A stretch of 64,000 bases of DNA from a virus, in IMG/VR virus record IMGVR_UViG_3300017989_000003, positions 70,606-134,605 of that record. The stretch is one strand, 5' to 3'. The notes below the pieces were generated by a model, which worked only from the letters and a program-made list of their open reading frames with translations, ran no database searches and was not told the DNA's origin. The first letter of the stretch is position 1. Every line of letters starts with the position of its first letter. Of this stretch, positions 1 through 11,459 are shown piece by piece. The position numbers and the translations under genes were made by a program.

Positions 1-9
1 CAAAAATAC

Positions 10-720
10 TTGGATATAATAAAAAAGCTTGATTTTAAGGGGTTAATTATCGAAGTTGATTCACAGTATTTGCAGCAAGATTACGGAACGTTGGAGAAGT
101 TGCGCCGTCTTTATAAATCATATGGTGTTGCTGACCAGGTAATATATGTGTGGCATATGACGGACGGCTTTGATGGTTTTTTTGATATGATGTCCAAGTA
201 TAAAAGGGTGGCTTTCTCTCTCAAAGAAGCTGTAGTACCAATTAAATCAAACGAAAAGAAGCCTAAGAAAAAGCAATATCAGAACTATGTACTGACGTTT
301 ATTCGAAAAATCAAAAATATAACTAAGAATCACCATATTCATTTACTTGGTACAACTGTAGACTGGTTGGCGCATTTACCGCATAACTGGACATGTGATT
401 CAGCTACATGGACTTCTGGATTAACGTGGGGATATTACTTCTTGGAGAATCCATTTGGTTTTGACTTTAGGAAAGGGCGCTTTAGTGTATCTCCGTCCAT
501 TGAGGAAAAGGTAGATGCAGCTATACCAGAATTAATGCGTATATATAGAAGTGCCCCACGATTCTCTAGAAGAAGTAAGTCCAGAGTTGATGCTTTGCGT
601 AAGATGGCAATTATGATGTTGTCCATGATTGAGTGGTGGGAAAGTGAGACACTTAAAAGACTAGGTAACTTTAATAAACCATATGACCCATTAGACGAGG
701 TGAACTATGCCAGAAAATGA
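10..720 (+). CDS. tRNA-guanine transglycosylase (TGT/DpdA)-like protein, probably 5'-truncated by the window edge
   Basis: HIHLLGTT and CDSATW motifs resemble the HxxG...DSxxW signature of phage TGT-like proteins; sits next to ParB-like and methylase genes. Confidence 0.5.
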   Translation: MDIIKKLDFKGLIIEVDSQYLQQDYGTLEKLRRLYKSYGVADQVIYVWHMTDGFDGFFDMMSKYKRVAFSLKEAVVPIKSNEKKPKKKQYQNYVLTFIRKIKNITKNHHIHLLGTTVDWLAHLPHNWTCDSATWTSGLTWGYYFLENPFGFDFRKGRFSVSPSIEEKVDAAIPELMRIYRSAPRFSRRSKSRVDALRKMAIMMLSMIEWWESETLKRLGNFNKPYDPLDEVNYARK

Positions 721-1501
721 GAAGAAGAAAAAGAAGTCTAAGGATTCTGGAAAAGATGGTATAACGACTCTTATCGTGCCCATAGATAAGGTTAGTTGTA
801 ATAGCTTTAATTACAATAGACAGTCGAATTTTATATTCGACAAACAGAAGGAGTCTATCCTGTATTTTGGATTTGTAGAGCCTATTACGTGTAGGATAGA
901 CCCAGGCTCTGAGAATAGCTGGGAGATAATAAATGGAGAGCACAGATACATAGCTCTGAAAGAGTTATTTGAAGCTGGCGAGACTATTTATTTGGACCCC
1001 CCAAATGACAACGGTTCAGATAGACGAAAGCTTAAAAAAGACCATATACCAATTAGGAGTATTGGTTCTATATCAGATGCTGAGGCAAAAAAATTGTGCA
1101 TTGTATTGAATGAGACAAAGGGTAGACCTAACCAAGATGACCTAGCGGATTTGATAGCAGGTCTTAAATCTGAAGATATAGACCTATTGGTATTACCTTA
1201 CACTGAGGAAGAGTTAGATTCGTATCTGAGGCTTGCATCAGGCAATCTTGAGATAGATGACGACGAAGACGACAGTGACGGAGACGATTTAGATGATTCT
1301 GACGATGATGTAGGCGGAGATTATAATAACCAAAATGACATCATAGAGCTGTGTGTTACGTTGTTTTCACTTGATTCTATGCCCAGGGAGGTAATTGACA
1401 AGATTTACCCGATATATACAAAGTTTATAAAAGCTAATAAGATACTCAGAAGTGAGTCATGGAAAGGGCTTGAGGTTCTGTTAGAAAATTGGGATGGGTA
1501 G
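707..1501 (+). CDS. ParB/Srx-like domain protein with acidic tract
   Basis: N-x-x-N-x-N, GFVEPI, EIINGEHRY and LNETKG motifs of phage ParB-like proteins. Confidence 0.75.
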   Translation: MPENEKKKKKSKDSGKDGITTLIVPIDKVSCNSFNYNRQSNFIFDKQKESILYFGFVEPITCRIDPGSENSWEIINGEHRYIALKELFEAGETIYLDPPNDNGSDRRKLKKDHIPIRSIGSISDAEAKKLCIVLNETKGRPNQDDLADLIAGLKSEDIDLLVLPYTEEELDSYLRLASGNLEIDDDEDDSDGDDLDDSDDDVGGDYNNQNDIIELCVTLFSLDSMPREVIDKIYPIYTKFIKANKILRSESWKGLEVLLENWDG

Positions 1502-1533
1502 GTAATATATAGTGTAGTAGTATCCAATAAACA

Positions 1534-1570
1534 CTACTACACCGTTACCGGTTGCAAAATACCCCTTGAC
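1534..1570 (+). repeat. Dispersed ~37-bp element, copy 1 (CTACTACACCGTTACCGGTTGCAAAATACCCCTTGAC)
   Basis: Near-identical copies at 24863-24899, 48985-49012 and (reverse) 29999-30034. Confidence 0.9.
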
Positions 1571-1589
1571 GACAATTGTAGGAGGACTC

Positions 1590-2462
1590 ATGAAAAGGCT
1601 GACGTCTTTTCCATATTATGGTGGTAAATTTCATTTAGTACCAGTACTTAGAGCCATGATACCACCGCATAAAACGTACGTTGAAGTTTTCTGCGGGGCT
1701 GCGAACTTCCTGCTAAATAAAGACAGAAGTAATGTTGAGGTTATTAATGACCTAAACTCATTTATTACGACATTTTTTAAGGTGCTAAGAGATGAAGAAA
1801 CAAGAGCTATATTTTACGACCGTTTACAGTATGTTCCATTCTCAAGAGAAGTATTTAACGAGGAGAAAAAGAAGTACCTGGAGGGTAAGTTTAAGGATGA
1901 TGTAGATAAGGCTATTTGCTGGTTTGTTGGTGTAAGGCAGTCCATGGCTGGAATTCCTTTTAAGTCATGGAAAGTTGGCAAGAGTCCTGTTGTTAAACTA
2001 GCCAATGTGTGGGAAAATTCAAAAGAGTTACTACTCATATTAGCAGCTAGGTTGAAAGGTGTGTCCATCGAAAATTATAGCTTCGAGAAAATATTAAGCA
2101 TATATGACTCAGAGTACATATTTACATATTGTGACCCGCCGTATATTGGTGTCCAGCGCATTGAGAAAGATGTTTACGAATTTGAGATGGACGAAGCCCT
2201 ACATATAAGATTATTGAAGTTAGCTTTGAAATCTAAAGGCATGTTTTTGATTTCAGGATATGTAAACGATTTATACGAAGATTACCTAAAAGATTGGGGT
2301 AGGATTGATATTAAAAGTAAGAATTGGGCTAAAATTCAAAGTAAAGAGAATTATAAGGATACTGGTAGGGGTTCGAAGGTTGAAACTCTATGGTTTAATT
2401 ATATTATTAGCGATAAAAGACTTGTCGCTAAATTTGGAGACACTATAAATATTGTAAGGTAG
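1590..2462 (+). CDS. D12-class (Dam-like) DNA adenine methyltransferase
   Basis: FPYYGGK, YVEVFCG, EVINDLN and DPPY motifs; GGAGG RBS before ATG 1590. Confidence 0.9.
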   Translation: MKRLTSFPYYGGKFHLVPVLRAMIPPHKTYVEVFCGAANFLLNKDRSNVEVINDLNSFITTFFKVLRDEETRAIFYDRLQYVPFSREVFNEEKKKYLEGKFKDDVDKAICWFVGVRQSMAGIPFKSWKVGKSPVVKLANVWENSKELLLILAARLKGVSIENYSFEKILSIYDSEYIFTYCDPPYIGVQRIEKDVYEFEMDEALHIRLLKLALKSKGMFLISGYVNDLYEDYLKDWGRIDIKSKNWAKIQSKENYKDTGRGSKVETLWFNYIISDKRLVAKFGDTINIVR

Positions 2463-2498
2463 TGTCAAACTGTGGTCTTATTACCGAAAGGGAACAAA

Positions 2499-2891
2499 AT
2501 GCACGAACAATGTGAGATGGTAGTGGATAGACTTGTTGTTTTGGATGACAAATCATCATGGGGTCTAGCTAGAAAGTGCGATGGAGAGAAAATTATATGG
2601 ATTTGGGTATTGGTGTCCAGTGACGAAATAAGCGAATTACATTATTATGGGAATATAACCCAGATTTTATCTGAAATGTTTGAGGCTGTTCTTGCCAAAA
2701 AGTTATCTGGGAGTAAAATTAGGAAATTTAAGGATTTTGTTAGTTTATTTATAGAGTCCATGAACGTAATAAAAGCTGTGTCCAGCAAGCTTGGCGAGGA
2801 AGAATTTTTTAATAGTTTTTACGGTATATTTCTGGAAAGGGTTGTACCAAAAAATAAACTTAAAGGCTTAATTCCGTCGCTAGAGAATTAG
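2499..2891 (+). CDS. hypothetical protein
   Basis: ORF with purine-rich RBS, fills gap. Confidence 0.6.
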   Translation: MHEQCEMVVDRLVVLDDKSSWGLARKCDGEKIIWIWVLVSSDEISELHYYGNITQILSEMFEAVLAKKLSGSKIRKFKDFVSLFIESMNVIKAVSSKLGEEEFFNSFYGIFLERVVPKNKLKGLIPSLEN

Positions 2892-2955
2892 TTCTTTACA
2901 AGTTGCGATTTTTATTATACTATACGAGCATTGGTGGTCTCCTTAGGAGGATATT

Positions 2956-3414
2956 ATGTCAGAGGTTGCGAAAGAAAAAAACAAGAAAACACCGCGAAAG
3001 ATTTTTAACCTTGGTTTCATGCCTGTCACGTATGACCATATCGAAACATTGTCTAGAGCTGGTTTTAGGAGCATAGACAGTAGTAAACTCGATAATCTTC
3101 TTCCAGTTATAAGTGCAAATGAGTCTCCTGAAACTGTTCGCTATATCGTTAATACGACTGTATGTGAACTGAGCATTAACGATGGAGATATATTCATTGT
3201 TTCTGGAATACCAGATGTAGGTTACTATGTAGTTCAGGCTTTACTTAAGAGGATAGAGGAACTAGAGTTAAATTTTGTTCCATTGATTCTTGTGCCATTA
3301 GGTAGGCACATTGACGGTACATTTCGTGTATCAGGATTCCGACAAGTTATTGTCCCAGGAGTAGGCGAACCTGCGATACATTTTATTTCTAGAAAGCCCT
3401 TGCGAAAAGACTAA
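2956..3414 (+). CDS. small Rossmann-like protein, possibly Csx20/Csx15-related
   Basis: AGGAGG RBS; GDIFIVSGIPDVGYYVV and C-terminal DG..F...FR pattern recall Csx20-like proteins. Confidence 0.35.
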   Translation: MSEVAKEKNKKTPRKIFNLGFMPVTYDHIETLSRAGFRSIDSSKLDNLLPVISANESPETVRYIVNTTVCELSINDGDIFIVSGIPDVGYYVVQALLKRIEELELNFVPLILVPLGRHIDGTFRVSGFRQVIVPGVGEPAIHFISRKPLRKD

Positions 3415-3415
3415 C

Positions 3416-3443
3416 TTTACAAGATTTTGAAATTTTATACAAC
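3416..3443 (+). promoter_or_regulatory. sigma70-like promoter TTTACA-N16-TACAAC
   Basis: Member of the repeated TTTACAAGATTT...TATAAC promoter family. Confidence 0.6.
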
Positions 3444-3476
3444 GAATTGAAATTACTTTAATTTGGAGTGTAAAAT

Positions 3477-3929
3477 GTGAATTATGAAGAAGATGTCTTG
3501 TCCAAAATACCTAATTTACCTGCTATTGTAAGTCAGATTGTGGACTTTAGCACCTATAGGGTTCTAAGAAAGAGTCTACAGGTAATCTCTGATAGAATAG
3601 CAGATGCGTTGCTTATACCCAGAGTACGTATTAAATTAACTAATAAAGCTACCCTTAAGGAAGGTAAGGTAGCTAGTGGGAACTTTAGGTTACAAAGAGG
3701 AATTCTATTTAAGTTTTGTACGATTACTATGGCTGTAAAAGACCCCCATGGGGTTAAATACTCTGGGGCAACGATATTTAAGACAGCATGTCACGAATGG
3801 CAACATTGGATTGATGCGTTTAAGCTCAATTATATTAATCTGACACAAAGTGAGTATAGGTTAAGAGCGCATAGCGCATTATTTTATATACGTTGTCGTC
3901 AGCTCGAGATTAAACTTACACAGGATTAA
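3477..3929 (+). CDS. SprT/WLM-like zinc metallopeptidase domain protein
   Basis: HEWQH (HExxH) plus downstream HSALF. Confidence 0.65.
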   Translation: MNYEEDVLSKIPNLPAIVSQIVDFSTYRVLRKSLQVISDRIADALLIPRVRIKLTNKATLKEGKVASGNFRLQRGILFKFCTITMAVKDPHGVKYSGATIFKTACHEWQHWIDAFKLNYINLTQSEYRLRAHSALFYIRCRQLEIKLTQD

Positions 3930-3931
3930 AA

Positions 3932-4702
3932 ATGGAAAATTTAGAAGATGTCAAAGAGCGTGTCTTATCAGGTGATATGTCAGTTGATGATGCACTTAAG
4001 ATGGTAAGAAACGAGTCATTATTTGACGCAGATGATTCGTGGGAGTTAGGGTTGTTTATCTATACAAATTTTACACGTAACAGTATGTCCGAAGAATCTT
4101 ATATTTTTGCGTCTAGAGCCAATTACAGAAAGGATTGTGTTGTAGTAATGGCTGATAGTTCCCCAGATAACTACTGGGGTATACAACGTGACGCCAAATC
4201 ACAGTTATGGCGTCCATTTTACAAAGGACTGATATCTAAGTTTTATTTTATTCAAAAGAAATTTTCAGGGGTAGGATGGACGTTTGCTTTTCACAGTATT
4301 GGAGATAGGCTGTTATTCGTTGCTAGTTCTATAGTCAATGGTGAAGTAGGATGGTTTTGTTGGGAGTTACGGAATAACATATGGTCTCCAATTACAGTGT
4401 TAACTAGTCCTGAGGATTGGTTTAGTCCATACAGGGTAGGTAGCTATGTTATTACCGAAATAGAAGGTAAGCCAGACGGAGAAATTTTTAATAAGTCTAT
4501 AGGTTTCAAAAAACAGCATGAATTTACAGGAGTAGTGGATACGTATGCTGTTAATGGAGATTATAACAATATTTACGTGGAAGTGCATGATAATGGAAGT
4601 TTTAATCATTATATTGGTTACGGGATTGACCTTAATCCTGGTTGGTATTGTTTCAAGCAAGTACCGCTCAAATCGACACCTAAATACAACAACACTAGAT
4701 AG
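3932..4702 (+). CDS. hypothetical protein
   Basis: 256-aa ORF tightly packed after the previous gene. Confidence 0.65.
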   Translation: MENLEDVKERVLSGDMSVDDALKMVRNESLFDADDSWELGLFIYTNFTRNSMSEESYIFASRANYRKDCVVVMADSSPDNYWGIQRDAKSQLWRPFYKGLISKFYFIQKKFSGVGWTFAFHSIGDRLLFVASSIVNGEVGWFCWELRNNIWSPITVLTSPEDWFSPYRVGSYVITEIEGKPDGEIFNKSIGFKKQHEFTGVVDTYAVNGDYNNIYVEVHDNGSFNHYIGYGIDLNPGWYCFKQVPLKSTPKYNNTR

Positions 4703-5004
4703 TATTCCGAGTTTTAATTTCTGTGTTGTGGGAACTGTATACAGTGAAATTGAGGACTACGGATTTACAGCCGTTTTTTATCTTGTCGACTTTCCTGTAT
4801 TGTTGCATGACGACAAAGTTAATTGGGCACAATGTTACATCGCTGTAGTAGTGGGTAATACAATAAAAGTTCTTCCTGTGTATAAAATGCGTGAGATTAC
4901 TGAGATTCAGGAAATCGAGAATCCAATGCAAATACATGCGCACTTAGATAATTCTGAAATGGACTGTGCTATTGACGATATAAACTTCGGAAAGGGGTTA
5001 TTTT

Positions 5005-6825
5005 ATGTCTAGTAGGATGAAAAATACTGAATGTTTTGATGTGTTTCCTATCGAAGATGATGCAATTCATATAGATGGTGTGGATATTGACGTATCGGCG
5101 TTCTTACGCCATTGTGCCATACTTGGAGCTTCAGGCTCAGGTAAGACGGTAGCAGCTAAAGTATTATGCGAAGAATTCGCCTTGCGTGGAATACCAGTTA
5201 TAGCTGTGGACCCGCAGGGTGACATAGCCTCACTGATGACTATTGGAAATATGGAGGAGGTGTCCAATAAAGGTGGTGATTTAACCGCTTACCGTCTTTT
5301 TAGGGATAAAGTAGATGTTAAGGTGTGGACTCCTGCGTCAAATGCTGGTATTCCCGTATGTGTTAATCCACTGGAACTTGATTTCGATGGAGACAGTATC
5401 CGCAAGATATCAATGGTATCCCAGAATATAGCATCTTTGCTTGGGTATGACCTTAGGAAAGATTCAGGGAAATTTACAGCGGCGTTTTTTGATATGGTTT
5501 TGTCCTATATTTATAGTAAAAAAATTGACATTAAAGATTTTGCGAAGCTTTCGAAATTTATAGTGAATATCCCAGATGCGCTATTAGATGATGTATCTGA
5601 CGTGCTTAATCCTAACGAAATAAAGGACATAGTTCGTAAAATTAAGCTACTGACTATAGGGTCAAAGAGTTTACTTTTTGGTAATGGTACAGCCTTGGAT
5701 ATACCGTCGCTTCTTGGTATTGAGTCCAATAAACCTAGAATATCCGTGATATATTTGAATACATTAGCGTCACAGGAGGAAAAGAACTTTTTTGTATCAC
5801 AGCTAGCTCTGACATTATACAGTTGGATGATGGATAATCCAAGCGACGCTATTCAGGCTGTGTTTTATATTGATGAGATTGCACCATTTTTACCGCCTAC
5901 ATCAAAACCAGCTTCTAAGGATATTTTACGGTTATTGTTTAAGCAAGCTCGAAAGTACGGGATAGGATGTATACTAGCATCACAGAATCCTGGCGATGTT
6001 GACTACAAGTCTATGGCACAAATATCAACTTACTTTCTTGGAAGGATTATGACTGACCAGGACGTAAAGAAGGTAGACCAAGTAATCAAGGCTCTAACGC
6101 CAGACTATAAAGCTGTAACTAGTAGCCTTCCTAAGCTTAAGGTTGGAAATTTTAAGCTTATATCCCCAGACGTGTCCAGAATTGAGAATGTTAAGTTTAG
6201 ATGGCTATATAGTACTCATTCTACATATGACGAGAGTGACTTAGAGGAGTTAGTTAATAAAGAACTCGATATCCCACTGTCTACTAAACCTAAAAGGATA
6301 GCAACGCCTAGAGACTATGAGTTATCACATACTCTACTGCCTGACGATGAAGTTAAATTGTTAATGCCAGTTAAAGAACTTCAGAAAGGTGTTCTTACTA
6401 AGCATTCTCCATTTAATACTGACTATGTAGTTGTTGGAGAGCCGTCCAGTAGTAACATTCATGTTTATATGGTAGTGGTTTTTGACGATATTATGTATTG
6501 TGGGAAATATGGCATTACGTACGTCACAAAGAGAAACAGGTATAAATACTACCCGCTAAGCAAGATAAAGACTCCATTGTTCCTAAGGGTATTTATAGAC
6601 TCTGGGATGTTCATGTGGTACATAAGACCCTCAATGGATTTACCCTCAGTATTTGTGAGTTATTCTGCTGATTCTACATTTTCGTCATTTGATGCATTTA
6701 TAAAGTACGGTATTACTGACAGAGACAAGATTGAGTCTATGGAGGATGGGGATTTTGTAGACTATGAGAACCCAATTTACGTAAATTATATTGAGAATAG
6801 GGATACGAGTAATACCACCTGCTAA
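5005..6825 (+). CDS. HerA/FtsK-superfamily P-loop ATPase (DUF87/DUF853-like)
   Basis: Walker A GASGSGKT, VDPQGD, Walker B FYIDEIA, ARKYG and SQNPGD motifs. Confidence 0.85.
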   Translation: MSSRMKNTECFDVFPIEDDAIHIDGVDIDVSAFLRHCAILGASGSGKTVAAKVLCEEFALRGIPVIAVDPQGDIASLMTIGNMEEVSNKGGDLTAYRLFRDKVDVKVWTPASNAGIPVCVNPLELDFDGDSIRKISMVSQNIASLLGYDLRKDSGKFTAAFFDMVLSYIYSKKIDIKDFAKLSKFIVNIPDALLDDVSDVLNPNEIKDIVRKIKLLTIGSKSLLFGNGTALDIPSLLGIESNKPRISVIYLNTLASQEEKNFFVSQLALTLYSWMMDNPSDAIQAVFYIDEIAPFLPPTSKPASKDILRLLFKQARKYGIGCILASQNPGDVDYKSMAQISTYFLGRIMTDQDVKKVDQVIKALTPDYKAVTSSLPKLKVGNFKLISPDVSRIENVKFRWLYSTHSTYDESDLEELVNKELDIPLSTKPKRIATPRDYELSHTLLPDDEVKLLMPVKELQKGVLTKHSPFNTDYVVVGEPSSSNIHVYMVVVFDDIMYCGKYGITYVTKRNRYKYYPLSKIKTPLFLRVFIDSGMFMWYIRPSMDLPSVFVSYSADSTFSSFDAFIKYGITDRDKIESMEDGDFVDYENPIYVNYIENRDTSNTTC

Positions 6826-6839
6826 CATAATTTGTTAAA

Positions 6840-6867
6840 TTTACGAAATGCACTGATTCTATATAAC
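6840..6867 (+). promoter_or_regulatory. promoter TTTACG-N16-TATAAC heading the small-ORF block
   Basis: Same family as 15141, 23752 and 27059. Confidence 0.6.
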
Positions 6868-9800
6868 GAAAGCACAGGGTTGTTCCTGTGCTTTATTTTT
6901 AATTTTAGTAAAGGAGTAAATATGAGTAATGTATTTGCTGCGAACGTATGGATACTGGCATCTGAGATGCTATCGGGCTACGTCCGACATTGTGTACCCT
7001 ATACTGAGATGGCTATTGTAACGTTTTATGACGAAGACGAACTGCGGAAACTTTATCGAGCTAAGAAATTACTTACTTATCTTAAAGGCGCATCAATTAC
7101 GATAAGTATTAATTGTGCTGTCTTGGATGATATTGATGATATGACGTTGTCTGACGTTAAGTCTACAGTGATGTTTATCTCAGAGTCTGATTTCCCAGAA
7201 ACGATGAAGCCAGTAGCTGAAAAGCTAAGTGAAGTACCTGAAAAGTCGTATGTTCCAATAGAAACTGCATTGATTTCCACTATAAGACCCTGTAGTGTAC
7301 TTAAGGGTTACCTTTATGCAGTAGTGAGTGAGTATGGTGTTGTATTTGAGTTATTTGATGAGGTTACTACTTCTGAAATAAGTTGGGACGATATACCTGA
7401 GCCAGAGCCTATTGCTGACGAACAGTCTACGTCGTACGACATGTTTTTAGAGGCTGAACATAAATTTGACGCTAGAGAAACATACAATGACGATGAGGAG
7501 TGGATTGACGAGATGCACTATTCGTTTATGGCTCTAGAAGATAAGTTACTAGCTGAAGAAGAATCAGGAGGTAAAGATGTCAAAGATGAGTAGAGCTAAA
7601 AAGGACGCACTGATTGAAAGTGGTAGTGCCAAGATGTTTCACCCTAGGTTGCATAACGTAAAAGGCGGTATAAAGTTTAACGCCTATGGTAAGCATTGGA
7701 CGACTGGGGTTGTAACAAAAAAACAAACGGTGGAGAATGTCGGCGAGTACCCTGTTTGTGTTATTTGTGGAGACGTTATGCAGGAAGAAGCTGAGTATTA
7801 TTACTGCCCATCGTGCGAGAATATCATTGAATTTTCAGATATTGAAAGTGAGTACATGGAGCTATAGGAGGTTAAAGTGAAAATGGAAATGTTTGTCTTA
7901 CATGTTACGTACATAAATGGCACAACGTACGCTTGTGTTTACCATAGTGTAAGCATCGTGTCTGATGTTGTGTTAGAGGTAATCTCAGAGTATGACTATG
8001 ACGATAAAGAGGTTACTTGCGTTATTAACGACGTAACACAACAACTTAGAGATGGGGAGGATATGGTAGAGTTTAGCTTATGCGGTGTTGACTTTGAGGT
8101 ACATAGTGTTGCTGAATCTAACATAAAAAATCTCCTACTTGGTTATAATCGTCGGGATTTACTTAATTACGTTAAGAACAATGGAGGTTAAGGTGGGATA
8201 TGAATATGAAATAAAAACAACTTCGACGTTTAAGAGCGTAAAGACTGCTGATGAGATTCAGGAGTTGGCTGAACGTCGTGGAATTTCAAATTTTAGATTT
8301 TTACTAATACACGTCGAGAATATTGATAATGAAACAGTGTACACAATAGATGTTGAGACACAGATTAGCTACGGAAAATATCCATTTCTTGGTGAGATAA
8401 AACTAGTGTTGCTTATAAAGGACGTGTCGCATAAGTCATCTTATTTTCGCATATTTATGGCTGGTGAATCTGGAGAAAATTGGGGTTACGCTGTCCAGAA
8501 TGATTGCATAAATGAGATTGAGATGCGTATGGTAGAAGTATCTGAAGATGTTACTGACAAACTAAAAAATGAAATAGGAGGTTAAAATGCCAAGAATATT
8601 GGTGGTACTTATTAAACATAGTGTTGTGCACTCTGTGTTTGAGTTTGACTCTGTTGATGAGGCTGAAAATAAATTTCTGGAGTTATGTAAACAACACGTA
8701 AAAAGTAAGTTCGAGGATTGGATGGTACTTGAAGACATCAAGGATATACTAGAAAATGGGTATATTACGTTTGTAGACCCAGAAGATATGTTCGAACTAT
8801 CTGATAACTCCATTTGTATACATCCTGATAACTCTATTTGTATACATCACCTTATGTCACCAGAGGAGAAAAGTAAGAGTACGAGGACAAGGAGGCGAGT
8901 ACACGCTTTTGTTGAAGCAAGAATATCTAAGGATGTAGAAGTTGAATTAGCTGAGGATGACGTGTCTACTGCGAAGGCTGCGTTAAATAAGTTCTGTGAC
9001 GATGTTGACTATCACACTGAGATTAGACAAGCTGAGTGGACTGAGGACGTTATAGAGTTTTGTGTAGACAAGTTTGATGACAATGGAGTGTACTTAGACA
9101 GTGTATCTTTTGACCTTTACAAGAATGTTAAGCACGAAGGATTTGGGATAGGACAGCTTGTTATCGTAAAAGAACCAAAAGATGATAAGCAGGCATGGAA
9201 GTGTTGGTTCCCTGGCACAGTTGTCGGTATTAAAGGCAATCTAATATCTATTCGAGATGAAGCTGGGGCTGTTTTTGATGTTGAAAAAACTTATTTGGAG
9301 GAATGTACATAATGCCACGAAAATACCATAAAGGATTTTGTGGTAAGGTGCAATGCATTTGGGATGGTAATACCTGTAATTGCCCTAGCCCAGATAGTCT
9401 GTGTCCAATTTCTAATATTGAGAACATTGACGTACCTTACTACTTATGTCATGGCGACGAGTGTAATTCCACTCGAGATTTTGTATGTGTTGCCAACGAT
9501 GCTGGTGATGTTAGAGCAGAGGACTTAGTGTTGGTCTCTGATGATTGTGTTGTATACTACCATGGTCAGAAGATTAATACTGACGAGAATGGGAAGCTCT
9601 TTGTTTACAAAACTAAAACTGACAGTGATTGGATTTTGCTGAAGAAATTTGTGGAAGGACATAAATTATTTTTGAAAAGAGGACATAAAGGAGTATATGT
9701 CGCAGATAATTCTGGAGATACACCTGATAAAACAGATGACGGCGAGCTAATTATAGATTGGGGTATATTTACCAAGGATAACCTATACGACAGAGATTTA

Positions 9801-10801
9801 AGGTGCTTTTTTATACCGTTAATTGATTCCAATGGGGATAAATCATCAACGGTTGCTTCAGCTGACGAAATAGACTGGATTTACGATAACCTGTATCCTA
9901 ATTGGAGGGAAACATGTTTCTAGTACAAACCATTAAAGACAATGTTATCGAAGAAAATTTCGATTTCGAGTATAGAACGCCTGCTCAGGAAAAGTTTTTT
10001 GATTTGGTGCGTCCACACGTTAATGAAAGTATGCTTTCAGAGCTACTTGATTTAGGATACTTTACCATTGGAAACTTTTCTGTGTGTTTTTCTGAGATTA
10101 ATAACACTGAACCAAAAGGGGATAAGGAGCTTATTGATAGTGCAAAGATTACTGTGGATTTAGATGATGATGTTACTGACGATGACGATGTATCAATGGA
10201 AATCTTTATTCACGGTAAGTTTCATTTTTCGATTGGGGAGCATGGATTGACAAAGAATGACGTTGATTTCGCCATCAAAGACGCTCTAGAGGAGTGCCAT
10301 AAAAGTATAGGTGACAGATGTGTAGAACTTACAGGAATGGAAGTTGTGGTTTATTGAGGAAAGGATATCAAAATGAACTACTTAAATTGCAAAAATATCA
10401 GTACTGCTATTCGTAGGGCAAAAACTTTGCTAATTAAACACGCAAAAGCAAAAGGATTATACGAAAATTTTGGACAAAAAGAAGTAAGAGAAATAGAGGA
10501 TAAATTTATTCATTCTTCTGATTATTATGCACAAATGAACCTGAACCGCTCTAAACTTAAATCTTTTGTTAATTGGTGCGTTAATTTTGATATTTCTAAA
10601 GTACCAGATTAGAAAGGAATGACATGAGTAGGTTGTATACTAAGACCGAATGTAATGACGTAGGTTGCATATTTAACAAAAATAAATGTGTGTGTGCTGA
10701 TGTCATAGAATTGTGTCCAATTCTTAACATGCACAAATTAGAAACTAAGGCATATAATAAAAAGTTGTTAAAGTTACACCCGAATATAAGGAGTTCAAAA
10801 A

Positions 10802-11458
10802 ATGAAGATTTCTGTAGATGATATAATAGCGTATTTATCATGTCCAAGATACTACTTGAATAAACAGCTTAATCCCAAGCGTTCGTTCCCATCGGACTGG
10901 GTTTACAGAAAGAAAATAGTTATTGCACTAGCCACTGACCCTGAGGCTGATGCAAGGAATTTCATGCACGAAAAAATAGATATAGACGTAGCTTCTGCGT
11001 CTGTCTTAAAAGGTGTAGTAGAGAGGCTGGGGTACTCAAAAAAAACATGGGAGGTTAAGCTCGGTAAATTTACGATAACTCATGATGGATTTGTTAATCA
11101 GGAAAATCTGCCAGTTTATATTCACGTCAGTAGCTCTGAATTTAAGTTTACCCCGATTGTTAAGTTTACTGCTATGATTCTCAATGAGCCTGAATTTATA
11201 ATTCATACACACAGGGAGCATAGATTAAGACAGAAGAAAAATGAGAATATAATGACATTTATGAGTAGGTTTATGACATCCATAGCTACTGGAATTGATA
11301 GGATAAAAGTGACATCACAGGAAATCGAGTCCAATAAACACTGGATTATCAAGACACTGAATAAGATTAAGCGTGGTGATTTCTCTAGCTTTAATCCCAA
11401 ATCTTGTGTTGGAGTTGTTGAGGTGTGTCCATTTTATGGTGTATGCTGGGGGGTGTAA
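10802..11458 (+). CDS. PD-(D/E)XK Cas4/RecB-like protein, catalytic motif not evident
   Basis: N-terminal IS..DI..YL.CPR and C-terminal C....CPF..VC cysteine cluster. Confidence 0.55.
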   Translation: MKISVDDIIAYLSCPRYYLNKQLNPKRSFPSDWVYRKKIVIALATDPEADARNFMHEKIDIDVASASVLKGVVERLGYSKKTWEVKLGKFTITHDGFVNQENLPVYIHVSSSEFKFTPIVKFTAMILNEPEFIIHTHREHRLRQKKNENIMTFMSRFMTSIATGIDRIKVTSQEIESNKHWIIKTLNKIKRGDFSSFNPKSCVGVVEVCPFYGVCWGV

Positions 11459-11459
11459 C

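Noticed and set aside
10802-11458. cas4 as evidence of a CRISPR system
   Set aside because: Solo Cas4-like genes are common in phages; no other cas genes and the catalytic motif is unclear
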